Shown here piece by piece: positions 48,011 to 61,788 of a stretch of 64,000 nucleotides of DNA. A model generated the notes under the pieces. That model was given only the letters and a program-made list of their open reading frames with translations, did not search any database and was not told the origin of the DNA. Position numbers and translations under genes: made by a program. The DNA is taken from positions 2,464,001-2,528,000 of the forward strand of contig OZ241841.1 in assembly GCA_965202665.1 (NCBI GenBank), read 5' to 3'. This DNA comes from Candidatus Spongiisociaceae bacterium. Lineage in GTDB: Bacteria > Actinomycetota > Acidimicrobiia > Spongiisociales > Spongiisociaceae. Position 1 is the stretch's first letter. Each line of letters begins with the position of its first letter.

Positions 48011-49492
48011 AAGGGGGGTGTTCCTGTCTGTTTGTCAAGTTGAGTTGGGTTGGTGGTGGGGGTTGTAGGGGGTTTGGGTTTTGAGCATGGTGAGGATGAT
48101 GTGTGCTGTGGCGGCGGGCGACGGCGGTGAGGGCGGTGCGGTGGCTTTTGCCTTGGTCGCGTTTGGTTTGGTAGTAGCGTTCGGCGTGGGGGTCGTTTCG
48201 GATGGCTACTAAGGCGGCTTGGTGCATGGCGTTTTGGAGCCGTTTGTTGCCTGCTCGGTTGTGGGTGGTGGTGTTGAGGGTGGTTCCGGAGCTGTGGTGG
48301 GTGGGGGCTAGGCCGTAGGAGGCTAGTTTGGCTCCGTTGGCGAACCGGTGGGGGTCACCCTGTTTCGGTGAGGGTTGGGGTGGTGGTCCTGGTAGCGAAT
48401 CCGGGGATTGTCACCGGGACCTGTCCAAGAGGGTGTGTTCGCAGCTCCTCGCTGAGGGCTTTCTCCAGTTGCTTGCGGTGAGTAACGATTCGGTCGAGGG
48501 TTTCGGCGTGGTTGGGGATGATCTGGGCCCAGGCTTCCGCGGCGGGAAGTTCGATGGGTTGGGATTTCACCGCTTCCCAGATAAGGGGGGCGGCTTTGTC
48601 GGATAGGCGGGGGGAGCGTTTGTGGATAAGGTTGCGGATACGAGCCCGGCCCGCTTTCCGCAACTGCCCGATGGTGGGGTATTTACGGAGTAGGTCCAGG
48701 ATTCCGGGGCTGGTCAGCCGGTTGCCGATAGTCCGTTCCAAAGCGGGGCAGGTGCTGAGCAGGGCGTCCCGGAGACGGTTGATGATCCGCGTTTGATCGG
48801 CGGCGAGGTCTTCGTCATGGCCGTTCAAAGCCCGCATACGAGCCAGTTGCCCATCGGTTGCCTCCACAACATGGAGCCGGTCCAGGTTGCGTCGGGCGTA
48901 ATCCGCCAGAACCCAGGCGTCTTTCGGATCCGTTTTAGCGGCGCCGTCGTATAGTTGGGCGGCTCGGCGCATCCGCAACCCGGTAACATACGCCACCGGC
49001 GCCCCCCGCTGCTCGGCGGCCGTCAGTAACATCACCGCTCCGCTGGAGATCATATCCACCACCATCAACGCCCGGTGTTCCCCGGCGGCGGCCTCTGTCT
49101 GGTCCAGCAGCTGCTCCACTGCGGCCGGGTCGTTGCCGACCGAGCCCTCGAACAAAGTTTCCCCATCCGGGGTCAGGGCTTGCGCCCAGTGCCGTTCCTT
49201 GCCCATATCCACACCAACGAACACCCCTATTTGCGGCTGATCGCCCGTCATCTCCGGCTCCTCCCGAAGTCGCTTACTTGTCTCCGCTCACCGGCGCGAT
49301 CGTCTCATCCACCTTACAAACATCCCAACCTTCGGGTCGCAGGTTCCCCTAAGAGCTACGACCGCACACAAACATAGCGGGCGGCAACACATCCCAAGAC
49401 CTCAAAATGACAGGGCGGGCGAGCCCCTGCCCGCTATGCCGAGTGACCGGCCAAGAATAAAACCAAAACCGGCCCAACAAAGGTAAGGGGGG
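48011..49492 (-). mobile_element. IS110-family element bounded by 8-bp direct repeat aagggggg
   Basis: aagggggg at 48011-48018 and 49485-49492; DEDD transposase; ~235-bp non-coding left end; TTGACA near right end. Confidence 0.85.
48035..49251 (-). pseudogene. IS110 transposase, frameshifted in C-terminal half
   Basis: 'GVDMGK', 'AKTDPKDA' in frame to 48355; 'GDPHRF...GLAP...SG...GNKRL...YY..K...GK.H..AL.AVARR' continues in other frames. Confidence 0.85.
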
Positions 49493-49713
49493 AAGCGTTT
49501 TCAAGAACGCGAAAGAATTACTTGGTCTCGCTTGCCTCCAAATTTGGCTTCTACCAGATCTTTTGCCGGGCCGTTATGTGAACCCCCCCGACGACCCCCT
49601 TGTCGAGCTCAGTTTTCTGAGTATGTTGTGGGGGTGGGCCCCGAATTAAGAATTTTTTGGGAACGCGAAAAAAATGCTTAGCGGGGGGAGTGGCGTCGTA
49701 TCGGAATCGGGGG
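49489..49713. repeat. ~225-bp non-coding direct repeat, copy 2
   Basis: Imperfect copy of 47761..48010. Confidence 0.9.
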
Positions 49714-49791
49714 AGGGGCGTTTTATGTGTGCTTGCGTGTGAGCGCCTGCGGGTGGTTTTGGCTACTTAGACCGGGGCGGGACCTAGGGAC

Positions 49792-50982
49792 CTAGGCGAG
49801 AAGTTGTTTTTGCAGGGGGGCGGGGAAGCGGACTTTGAAGCGGGTGTTTCCTATCAGTTTCTGCAACCGGTGGGCGGTTTGGTTGATGTCGTTCCGCTGT
49901 TCGGGGCTGACTTCGGCCAGCAACCGGATGGCGATTTCCCCGTCGGGGCGTTGCGCCCAGCCGCCTACGATCCGGCCGTCCGCCCACACGGTGGGACCGG
50001 CGTTGCCGTTGCGGTCGAACAGCAACGGGACGTGCTCCGAGTTCAAAAACCAGTCTTTGTCTTTCCAGCCCATCGTGGTCGGATCCAAACCGGGAAGCAA
50101 CGCCGTCCAAGGCGGGGTTTCCCCGGTCGGTTGGTCGTCGCCCCCGTTCACCCAGCCCGCCCGTCCGCCCGGCAAAATAACCTCCGCCGCCCCCGCCTGT
50201 TGCAAGGCCCGCCGGGTTTTGGCGGCCGTCCATCCCGTCCACCACCGCAGGTCGGTTTCGGGAGCGGGGCCGAACCGGTCCAGCCACCGCCGGGCCAGTT
50301 CCGCCGCCGCCTCCTCCGGGTCCTCCCCGTCCAACCCGTCCGGGAAGCGGTCGGTCATCGCCGCCCATTGGTACTGGGAGCTGATCCAGGAACCTCCGTC
50401 CGGCCGCCCCCGCACGATCCGCCCTTCGAATCCCATCAGGAACAACAACCGGGCCAGGGCCGACTGTTGCGCGTTGTAAGGTTTGCCCGGGGCCAGGTCC
50501 AGCATCACCCGCAAGTCGGGCAACTCCCGCCCCAGGGTGCGGGTGTCCGCCTCCCCCCGGTTGCGCAGAACTTCCAACACCCTCCCGGCGGCGGATTCCA
50601 TCCACGCCCGGCCGTCCCCCATCCCGCCCTGCCCTTCCAGCAGGCCCGCCATTCTTTCCTTTTCTTTGGCCAGGATGTCGACGGCGGCCGCGGCGTGGGC
50701 CAGGCGGGCCGTCTCCGGGGTGGACACCCAGATGGTGCGGCGCATGGCGTGAAAGCGGATCAGGCGGTAATCCTCGTAGAGGGCCCTCCCCACCGATTTC
50801 AGCGAAGGAACCACCATGCGGGCGGCGGCCGACAGGTACACCGAAACCGGGTCGCTGGAATGGAGGCAAACCAGGGCGTCGGCGATGGCGGCCGGATCGT
50901 CGGTACGGGCGGACGGCATCAGCAAATGCCGATGGGCCAACCGGCGGCGGCGTTCCCCGTCGTCGAAGACGGCCGCCGCCAT
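49792..50982 (-). CDS. Winged-helix AlkZ/YcaQ-like (HTH_42) DNA glycosylase family protein
   Basis: 'LHSSDP.SVYLS..AR', 'MRRTIW', 'WL.RFGP....DL.WWTGW', 'LLPGLD...MG', 'DGRIVG.W'. Confidence 0.75.
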   Translation of the reverse strand: MAAAVFDDGERRRRLAHRHLLMPSARTDDPAAIADALVCLHSSDPVSVYLSAAARMVVPSLKSVGRALYEDYRLIRFHAMRRTIWVSTPETARLAHAAAAVDILAKEKERMAGLLEGQGGMGDGRAWMESAAGRVLEVLRNRGEADTRTLGRELPDLRVMLDLAPGKPYNAQQSALARLLFLMGFEGRIVRGRPDGGSWISSQYQWAAMTDRFPDGLDGEDPEEAAAELARRWLDRFGPAPETDLRWWTGWTAAKTRRALQQAGAAEVILPGGRAGWVNGGDDQPTGETPPWTALLPGLDPTTMGWKDKDWFLNSEHVPLLFDRNGNAGPTVWADGRIVGGWAQRPDGEIAIRLLAEVSPEQRNDINQTAHRLQKLIGNTRFKVRFPAPLQKQLLA

Positions 50983-50985
50983 CCC

Positions 50986-51399
50986 CTACGCCGGGTCGTC
51001 CAGCAGGGCGGCGAAGTCGGCCGCGATCCGTTTCCAATGCCGGCGTTGGGTTTCCCGTTCGGCGGCCCCCGACAGCCGTTCCTGATGGAAACGAATCCCG
51101 GTGCGCTCCCCTTTGTCCTCCAAGGCGATCTGCACCGTGCTGTCGTGGTCCCAGTGGGCGGGCCGCCAGGTGAGCCGGATGCGGTCGTTGGGGCGGAAAC
51201 TGCGCAACTCGCCGGTTACGCCGTCCGCCGTCTCATAGGCCTCTTTTTTCAATCCCCGGAAGGCGACATCCTCCCCCAGCCACAGGGCGATGCCGGCCGG
51301 GCTGACCAGTCCCCTCCACACATCCTCCACCGGCCGCCCAACGGTGACGGACACTCCTATCTGCCATCCGGCGTCTTTGGTTTTCCCGACCGGCGTCAT
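50986..51399 (-). CDS. SRPBCC/AHSA1-like protein
   Basis: 'GWQIGVS.T', 'RIRLTW', 'FHQERL'. Confidence 0.7.
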   Translation of the reverse strand: MTPVGKTKDAGWQIGVSVTVGRPVEDVWRGLVSPAGIALWLGEDVAFRGLKKEAYETADGVTGELRSFRPNDRIRLTWRPAHWDHDSTVQIALEDKGERTGIRFHQERLSGAAERETQRRHWKRIAADFAALLDDPA

Positions 51400-51512
51400 C
51401 TGCGCCTCTCCTTGCTTGGTCCCGGCAGCCCCATTTTATCCCGGCGGGTTTTCCAGACAGCCCCCGGTATAGTTGGAACCGACCGGCAGGCGGGAAGAAG
51501 GGAAATAAACAG

Positions 51513-52433
51513 ATGCGCGTTATCGCTCCGATCGGGTCCGAGACGGTGGGCGTCCCCGCTTCCCCGCAGGAGGCGGCGGCCGACGCCGCTAAAGCCGAAG
51601 AGTTGGGTTTCGGAGCCGCCTGGTGCGCCCATTTCAGCCGGGGGCTGGATTCGCTGACCGTGCTGGCCGCGGCAGCCGTCGCCACCTCCCGTATTGAACT
51701 GGGGGTGGGGGTGATCCCCACCTATCCCCGTCATCCGGCGGCGTTGGCCCAGTCGGCCGCCACCGTGCAGCAACTTTCCGGGGGCCGGCTGACTTTGGGG
51801 GTGGGGGTGTCCCACCGCCCCCTCATCGAAGATATGCACGGCTTGGACTATTCCAGCCAGCTGGGGCACCTGCGGGAATACCTGATCGTGCTGGGCGGGT
51901 TGCTCGACGACGGTTCCTGTTCTTTCGCAGGCGAGCATTACCGGGTGGAGGCGTCCATCGCCGTACCCGGAACCTCCCCGGTTCCCATGGTGGTGGGGGC
52001 CCTGTCCCCGGCGATGAGCCGGTTGGGAGGGGAGTTGGCGGACGGGGTCACCACTTGGCTGGCCGGCCCCCGTTCTTTGGAGCAGGTGGTGGTTCCGGCG
52101 GCGGCCGAAGGGGCGGGGGCGGCCGGACGGGCCGCGCCGCGGGTGATAGCGGGCATGCCGGTGGCTTTGGATTCCGACCGGGAGCGGGCCCGGCGGGCAG
52201 CCGCCCAAGCTTTCAGCCGCTATGGGACGTTGGTCAACTATCAGCGGCTGTTCGAACGGGAAGGGGTGGACGGCCCGGCCGATTTGGTGGTCTTCGGAGA
52301 CGAGAGCGAGGTGCGGTCCGGCCTGCGGGCCCTGTTCGAAGCCGGGGCCACCGAAGTGTGGGCGATACCTTTTGACACCGGGCTGGGAACCGCGCCCGCG
52401 CTTGAACTCCTGGCCGAACTGGCTCGGGAATAA
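51513..52433 (+). CDS. LLM-class (probably F420-dependent) oxidoreductase
   Basis: 'RIELGVGVIPTYPRHP..LAQ.A', 'GRLTLGVGVSH'. Confidence 0.85.
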   Translation: MRVIAPIGSETVGVPASPQEAAADAAKAEELGFGAAWCAHFSRGLDSLTVLAAAAVATSRIELGVGVIPTYPRHPAALAQSAATVQQLSGGRLTLGVGVSHRPLIEDMHGLDYSSQLGHLREYLIVLGGLLDDGSCSFAGEHYRVEASIAVPGTSPVPMVVGALSPAMSRLGGELADGVTTWLAGPRSLEQVVVPAAAEGAGAAGRAAPRVIAGMPVALDSDRERARRAAAQAFSRYGTLVNYQRLFEREGVDGPADLVVFGDESEVRSGLRALFEAGATEVWAIPFDTGLGTAPALELLAELARE

Positions 52434-52458
52434 CGCCCCGGCGCCGGGGGAGCGGGAC

Positions 52459-56994
<4,536 letters not shown>

Positions 56995-56998
<4 letters not shown>

Positions 56999-57798
56999 AG
57001 GCGGAAAGTCCTTTCCAACTCTTCGGTCCGAAACTCCCTTCGGCGCACCCGCAGGGGATCAATTTGGCGAATCAGTTCGATGCGGCGGCGGTCGGGCGGC
57101 TGCAAAGCGGACAGGTCGGGGGCGGGGCGCACTTCGAAGCCGGTGGCCCGTTCGATGTCGGAGAGGGTCGTATCGGGGAATATGCGGCGCAGGCGGGCCC
57201 GCCCGTCGGGGAAGTCGAACACGCCCAGTTCGGTCACCATCCGGTCCGGACCTCCCCCGGTGAAGCCCAGCTCCGCCCTGGTTCCGGCCGGGGTGCGGTG
57301 GCCGAGGTCGGTGATGAAATCGCATTCTTCCACCAGGCACCGGCCGGAGCGGTGGTTGGCGCTCCAAATGGTGATGCGGCGCACGGTGGCCGACACGTTG
57401 CATCCGCCCCCGCCTCCTCCCATTTTCACTTTGGGGCGGGGCATGCCCCCCACCGCGGTCAGGTTGGCGTTTCCCCAAGGATCGATCTGCGCTCCGGACA
57501 GGAACATGCGGTCGATGTCCCCCCGCACCGCCGCGTCGAAAAACTCCTCGAAGCGCATGGAGTAGGCCGCCCCCCTTTTCAGGGAGGCGTCGTTGCCGGT
57601 GGGGGGGATGAAAGGCGGGGACGGGTCGACGGCGTACATCGCCCCTTCGATGAGCATCATGCGGGGGGCGTGGGTGCGTTTGGCCAGATGCATGGCGACC
57701 TGCGCGCAGGGGCTGGCGAACCCGTGGAAGACGGCTTCCCCGTCCCGGATAGTGCGGGCCAACTCGGATACGAACCATTCGTCGAGGGTGAACTTCAT
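56995..57798 (-). CDS. CoA transferase beta subunit (GctB-like)
   Basis: 'MMLIEG', 'GAQIDPWGN.N', 'GGGGG', 'DFIT', 'VTELGVFDF'. Confidence 0.85.
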
Positions 57799-58709
57799 CG
57801 GAACATTTCCATCCAGGCCCGGTCGGATTCCCGCCAGCGGGTTAGGTTCTCCAACCTGGCTTCCCCGATCAGGCGGCGGTATTCGGTTTCATCCGCCCCG
57901 GTTACGTATTTTTCCAGATAGGCGGCGGCGCCCGCCGGGGAGGCCGCTTCCCGCACCCATTCCGCGAGGTGGGGGCGGTCGTAGGCGTAAACCGGATAGC
58001 AGGAGGCGGGATGGGCCCCGTAGGGGGTTTCCGCCACCGCCGCCACCTGATGGGCGGGGATGACCACGCCCGCCCCGGCCACTTCTTCGGCGGGGGCCAG
58101 CCGTTCCACGGTGGCGATCACCTGCGCCGCCGCCCCCGCCAGCCGCTCGTCCAAGACGTAGGGCTGCTCCAAGTGCAGGTTGCCCCCCCGGTCGCCCAGC
58201 GGGGCGTGGACGAGGACCGCGTCGGGGCGCAGGGCGGGGACCGCCGTCAGGCGTTCCCCGGTGAAAGGGCAGGTGATTTCCCCGTATTCGGGATGCAGGT
58301 CGCGGATCCCGGTTCCGCGCACCCCCCGCACCGGCAGGAAAGGCAACCCCATTTCCGCCGCCCGCACCTGGGTGAGGATGGTGTCGCAGCAGCTTTCCCG
58401 CACCTCCAACGTTCCTTCCTGGGCCGCCCGGCGGAAGGCGGGGGCCAGGCCGTGGTCCTGTTCGAAACCCACGTAACTCTGCTCGCATATTTTGACCAGG
58501 CCGGCCGCGATGAGCAGTTCCATGTCTATGGAATGGGCGGAGCCGATGATGCGCAGTTCGCCGATCTGCTGGCGTATCAACTCCCGCACCAGGGCCATCG
58601 GCAAACGGGCCGACAGGCTCCCCCCCAGGGCGACCAATCCGCCATGGGGAACCATCCGGGCCGCCTCCTCCAAAGAGGCGGTTTTATCGGAGGCGAGGTG
58701 GAAAGGCAC
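57795..58709 (-). CDS. CoA transferase alpha subunit (GctA-like)
   Basis: 'PMALVRELIRQ', 'GLPFLP', 'CPFTGE...VPAL.PD..LVH', 'PYGAHP'. Confidence 0.85.
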   Translation of the reverse strand: MPFHLASDKTASLEEAARMVPHGGLVALGGSLSARLPMALVRELIRQQIGELRIIGSAHSIDMELLIAAGLVKICEQSYVGFEQDHGLAPAFRRAAQEGTLEVRESCCDTILTQVRAAEMGLPFLPVRGVRGTGIRDLHPEYGEITCPFTGERLTAVPALRPDAVLVHAPLGDRGGNLHLEQPYVLDERLAGAAAQVIATVERLAPAEEVAGAGVVIPAHQVAAVAETPYGAHPASCYPVYAYDRPHLAEWVREAASPAGAAAYLEKYVTGADETEYRRLIGEARLENLTRWRESDRAWMEMFR

Positions 58710-58721
58710 GGGCGGATGGGA

Positions 58722-59501
58722 TTATTGGGCGGTCATCCCGCCGTCCACCGTGAAAACGGCCCCGGTTATGAAACTAGCTTCCCCGGAGGCCAGGAACAGG
58801 GCGGCCCGGGCGATGTCCATCGGTTGGCCGAGGCGTCCGATCGGGTATTTGGCGGTGGTCAGTTTCAGGCCCAGTTCCACATCGCCGTCGCCGCGTTTGG
58901 CCAGCAGCGGCTCCATGAGCGGGGTGTGGACGGTGCCCGGGCAGAGGGCGTTCACCCGGATTCCGTCCGGGGCCAGGTCGACGGCCATGGAGCGGGTCAG
59001 GGAGGTAACCGCCCCTTTGGCCGCGCAGTAGGCGGCAATGCCCGCCACCCCCGCCAGGGCGGCCACCGACGCCTGGTTTACGATCGCCCCCCCGCCCGAC
59101 TCCCGCAGGCGGGGAACGGCGGCCCGGGAGGTCAGGAAGGTTCCTTTTACGTTCACCGCAAAGCAACGATCCCAGTCTTCTTCCCCCGCCTCGGCCACCG
59201 AGCCCGTCGAACCCACCCCGGCGTTGTTGTACAAGACGTCCAAGCGGCCGAATTCGGAGTAGGCCCGTTCCACCGCCTCCCCGATCCGGGCGGCCTGCGA
59301 CACGTCGGCTTCCAGCGGCAGGGCCGTCCCCCCTTCGGCGCCGATCAAGCGGGCGGTTTCGGCGGCCGCTGCCCGGTCGACGTCCACCGCCGCCACCGCC
59401 GCCCCTTCCCGGGCGAACAGCAGGGCGGCCGCCCGCCCGATGCCCGACCCGGCCCCGGTGATCAGGGCGGCTTGCCCGTCCAGACGCTTCATATCGTTCA
59501 T
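58722..59501 (-). CDS. SDR dehydrogenase, 2-(S)-hydroxypropyl-CoM dehydrogenase-like
   Basis: 'TGAGSGIG','AYCAAKGAV','CPGTV','AKYP.GR','VDGGMTA' resemble XecE; genomic context. Confidence 0.65.
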   Translation of the reverse strand: MNDMKRLDGQAALITGAGSGIGRAAALLFAREGAAVAAVDVDRAAAAETARLIGAEGGTALPLEADVSQAARIGEAVERAYSEFGRLDVLYNNAGVGSTGSVAEAGEEDWDRCFAVNVKGTFLTSRAAVPRLRESGGGAIVNQASVAALAGVAGIAAYCAAKGAVTSLTRSMAVDLAPDGIRVNALCPGTVHTPLMEPLLAKRGDGDVELGLKLTTAKYPIGRLGQPMDIARAALFLASGEASFITGAVFTVDGGMTAQ

Positions 59502-59625
59502 ACATTCCAGTTTACGACCCGCCTGTGACACGCGCCGCGTAAGACCCCCTTTGCTTGACGGAGAGATTCCCGGCTAAGCGCGGCTAGCCTTGGGAAACAA
59601 TCTTTTGGGATAAGGAGGACGGATT

Positions 59626-60351
59626 ATGGGCGTAGCGGTGGTGACGGGCGGGGGGTCGGGGATCGGTCGGGCGGCCTGCGCCCGGCTGGGCGAAGACGGG
59701 TTCGCCCTGGCGGTTTTGGACTTGAACCGGGAGGCGGCGGAGGAGGCCGCGGGCGGGGGGTTGGGGTTGGGGACCGACGTTTCCGATCCGGAACAGGTGG
59801 AGCGGGCCTTCGACCTCATCGAACGGGAACTGGGGCCGGTGCGGGTTCTGGTCAACAACGCCGGCATAACCGGTTCGGCGGCGGCCGCCCGCCTGCACGA
59901 AACTCCTTTGGAGGAGTGGGAGCGGGTGATGGAGGTGAACGTGCGGGCCCTCTATCTGTGTTCCCGCGCCGCCCTGCGTTCCATGATTCCCCGCCGCGCC
60001 GGGCATATCATCACCATGGCTTCCGTGGCCGGGATTTCCCCTTTTCCGGGCCGGGCGGCTTATTCGGTTTCCAAAGGGGCGGCGTTGCTGTTGGCCAAGT
60101 CCATCGCCCGCGACTACGCCGCCGACGGGATACGCTCCAACGCGGTCTGTCCGGGGATGGCGGAGACCCCGATGACCGCTTGGCGGCTCAACCAGCCTGA
60201 GTTGCGGGCGGCCGTCGAGTCGCGGATTCCCCTGGGGAGGGTGGCGCAGCCGGAGGACATCGCCGACGCGGTGGCCCTGCTGGCCTCCGACCGTTTGTCC
60301 TATATGACCGGCCACGCCCTGGTAGTGGACGGGGGCTGGTCCATTTGGTGA
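59626..60351 (+). CDS. xecD: 2-(R)-hydroxypropyl-CoM dehydrogenase
   Basis: 'NNAGITG....LH.TP', 'FPGRAAY..SKG', 'CPGM.ETPMT.WRL.QPELR' including both sulfonate-binding Arg positions of XecD. Confidence 0.85.
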   Translation: MGVAVVTGGGSGIGRAACARLGEDGFALAVLDLNREAAEEAAGGGLGLGTDVSDPEQVERAFDLIERELGPVRVLVNNAGITGSAAAARLHETPLEEWERVMEVNVRALYLCSRAALRSMIPRRAGHIITMASVAGISPFPGRAAYSVSKGAALLLAKSIARDYAADGIRSNAVCPGMAETPMTAWRLNQPELRAAVESRIPLGRVAQPEDIADAVALLASDRLSYMTGHALVVDGGWSIW

Positions 60352-60395
60352 ACAGGGTGAACTGGGTGAACCGGTGAACCGGTGAACGGGTGAAC
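60347..60395 (+). repeat. Six tandem GGTGAAC heptamers
   Basis: Copies at 60347, 60356, 60365, 60373, 60381, 60389 (period 8-9 bp). Confidence 0.9.
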
Positions 60396-60597
60396 TAGCG
60401 AAAACCCCTCCGGGGGAGAGACTTGAAGTTAAAAATTTTTTCCCGTTCCCGCCCCGGTCGGGCAAACGGGGGCTGTACCATAAGCGGGGCAACGTGCAAC
60501 GAGTACGAGTAAGCGAGCAGCAACGAACGACAAGGAGGTAACCACAGGTACGCACCCGGCCCCGCTTTCCAACGAGACGAGCCAAGGAGGAAATATT

Positions 60598-61704
60598 ATG
60601 CAGATCAGAGGTCAAGAGGTGACGATTCCCACCTCCATGGTGGGGAATTACCCCAATCCGAGATGGTGGGACGCCCACTGCGTCCGTTCTTGGAGCGGCG
60701 ACCAGGAGCCGCCCGACTCCTTCGTGCGGGAAGCTTTGGAAGATGCCACGTCGGCCTTGGTAACCGACCAGGAGAACGCCGGTTTGGACATCATCACCGA
60801 TGGGCGATTGCATGGGGACAACTACGCCGACCAGGCGCTCTACTACTACTACAAGCGTTTGGGTTACGACCTGAAAGGCGGTTACCTGGGGTTCCCCATC
60901 TACAGCCGGTTGCACGCCGGGACCCTCACCCAGGAGGTGAAGCGGCGGGGGGCGATCATGGTGGAGCAGGCCCGCGCCCTGCGCCGGGCCACCGACAAGC
61001 CGACCAAGGTGCAGTACACGGGGGTGCAGGTGCTGGCCCAGGCCACCAACGACCTGTTCTACGACAACCCGTACGATCGGGCGATGGCCATCGCCGAAGC
61101 GGTCAACGAGGACATCTTGGAAGTGGACGCGATGGGCATCGATTTCATCCAGTTGGACGAGTTCACTTGGCCCTACTTCTACGAAGACTGGGCCATAGAG
61201 GCTTTCAACCGGGCGGTGCAGGGCGTGCAAAACGCCCAGATCATCGTGCACATCTGCTGGGGCAACTGGGGCGGCACCCCCGCCTACATGCCGGACGACA
61301 CGGCCGGGTCGGAGGGCATCTTCGACCTGACCATCCGGGAAGGCGACGAACCGGCCGCCACCGCCTCCATCGTCCCCCAGGCGTACGGGGCCGACATCAA
61401 CGTTCTCAACTTGGAGAACTGCGGTCGGCGCTCCGATGACCTGTCCGGCTTGGAGGTGATCCGGCAGCACCCGTTGCCCGACAACGTGATGTTCTGGGCG
61501 GGCGTGATCGACGTCAAGTCCACCATCACCGAGACCGCCGAACAGGTGGCGGGGCGCATCCGGCGGTTGCTGGAGTACATCCCGGCCGACCGGCTGGGGG
61601 TGACCACCGACTGCGGGCTGATCCTGCTCCAGCGCTACATCGCGGTGGACAAGTTGCACGCCTTGGCGTCGGGGGCGGAGCTGGTCCGCCGGGAACTGGG
61701 CTAG
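60598..61704 (+). CDS. etnE: Epoxyalkane:coenzyme M transferase
   Basis: 'GNYPNPRW.D', 'DGRLHGDNYADQALYYY', Zn ligands 'HICWGN' and 'DCG'; MetE-like fold; strong aaggagg RBS. Confidence 0.92.
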   Translation: MQIRGQEVTIPTSMVGNYPNPRWWDAHCVRSWSGDQEPPDSFVREALEDATSALVTDQENAGLDIITDGRLHGDNYADQALYYYYKRLGYDLKGGYLGFPIYSRLHAGTLTQEVKRRGAIMVEQARALRRATDKPTKVQYTGVQVLAQATNDLFYDNPYDRAMAIAEAVNEDILEVDAMGIDFIQLDEFTWPYFYEDWAIEAFNRAVQGVQNAQIIVHICWGNWGGTPAYMPDDTAGSEGIFDLTIREGDEPAATASIVPQAYGADINVLNLENCGRRSDDLSGLEVIRQHPLPDNVMFWAGVIDVKSTITETAEQVAGRIRRLLEYIPADRLGVTTDCGLILLQRYIAVDKLHALASGAELVRRELG

Positions 61705-61788
61705 AAACACGGGCGGAACCCGTTGTCTCCGGCGTTGGCGACCGGCGCCGGGGGCGGCTTTCCGCCGGTTCGCTAGATTAAATATATT

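Noticed and set aside
47761-49713. Long direct repeats as IS target-site duplication or LTRs
   Set aside because: Too long and diverged; IS110 does not generate long duplications
60598-61704. Cobalamin-independent methionine synthase
   Set aside because: NYPNPRW motif and CoM gene context indicate epoxyalkane:CoM transferase
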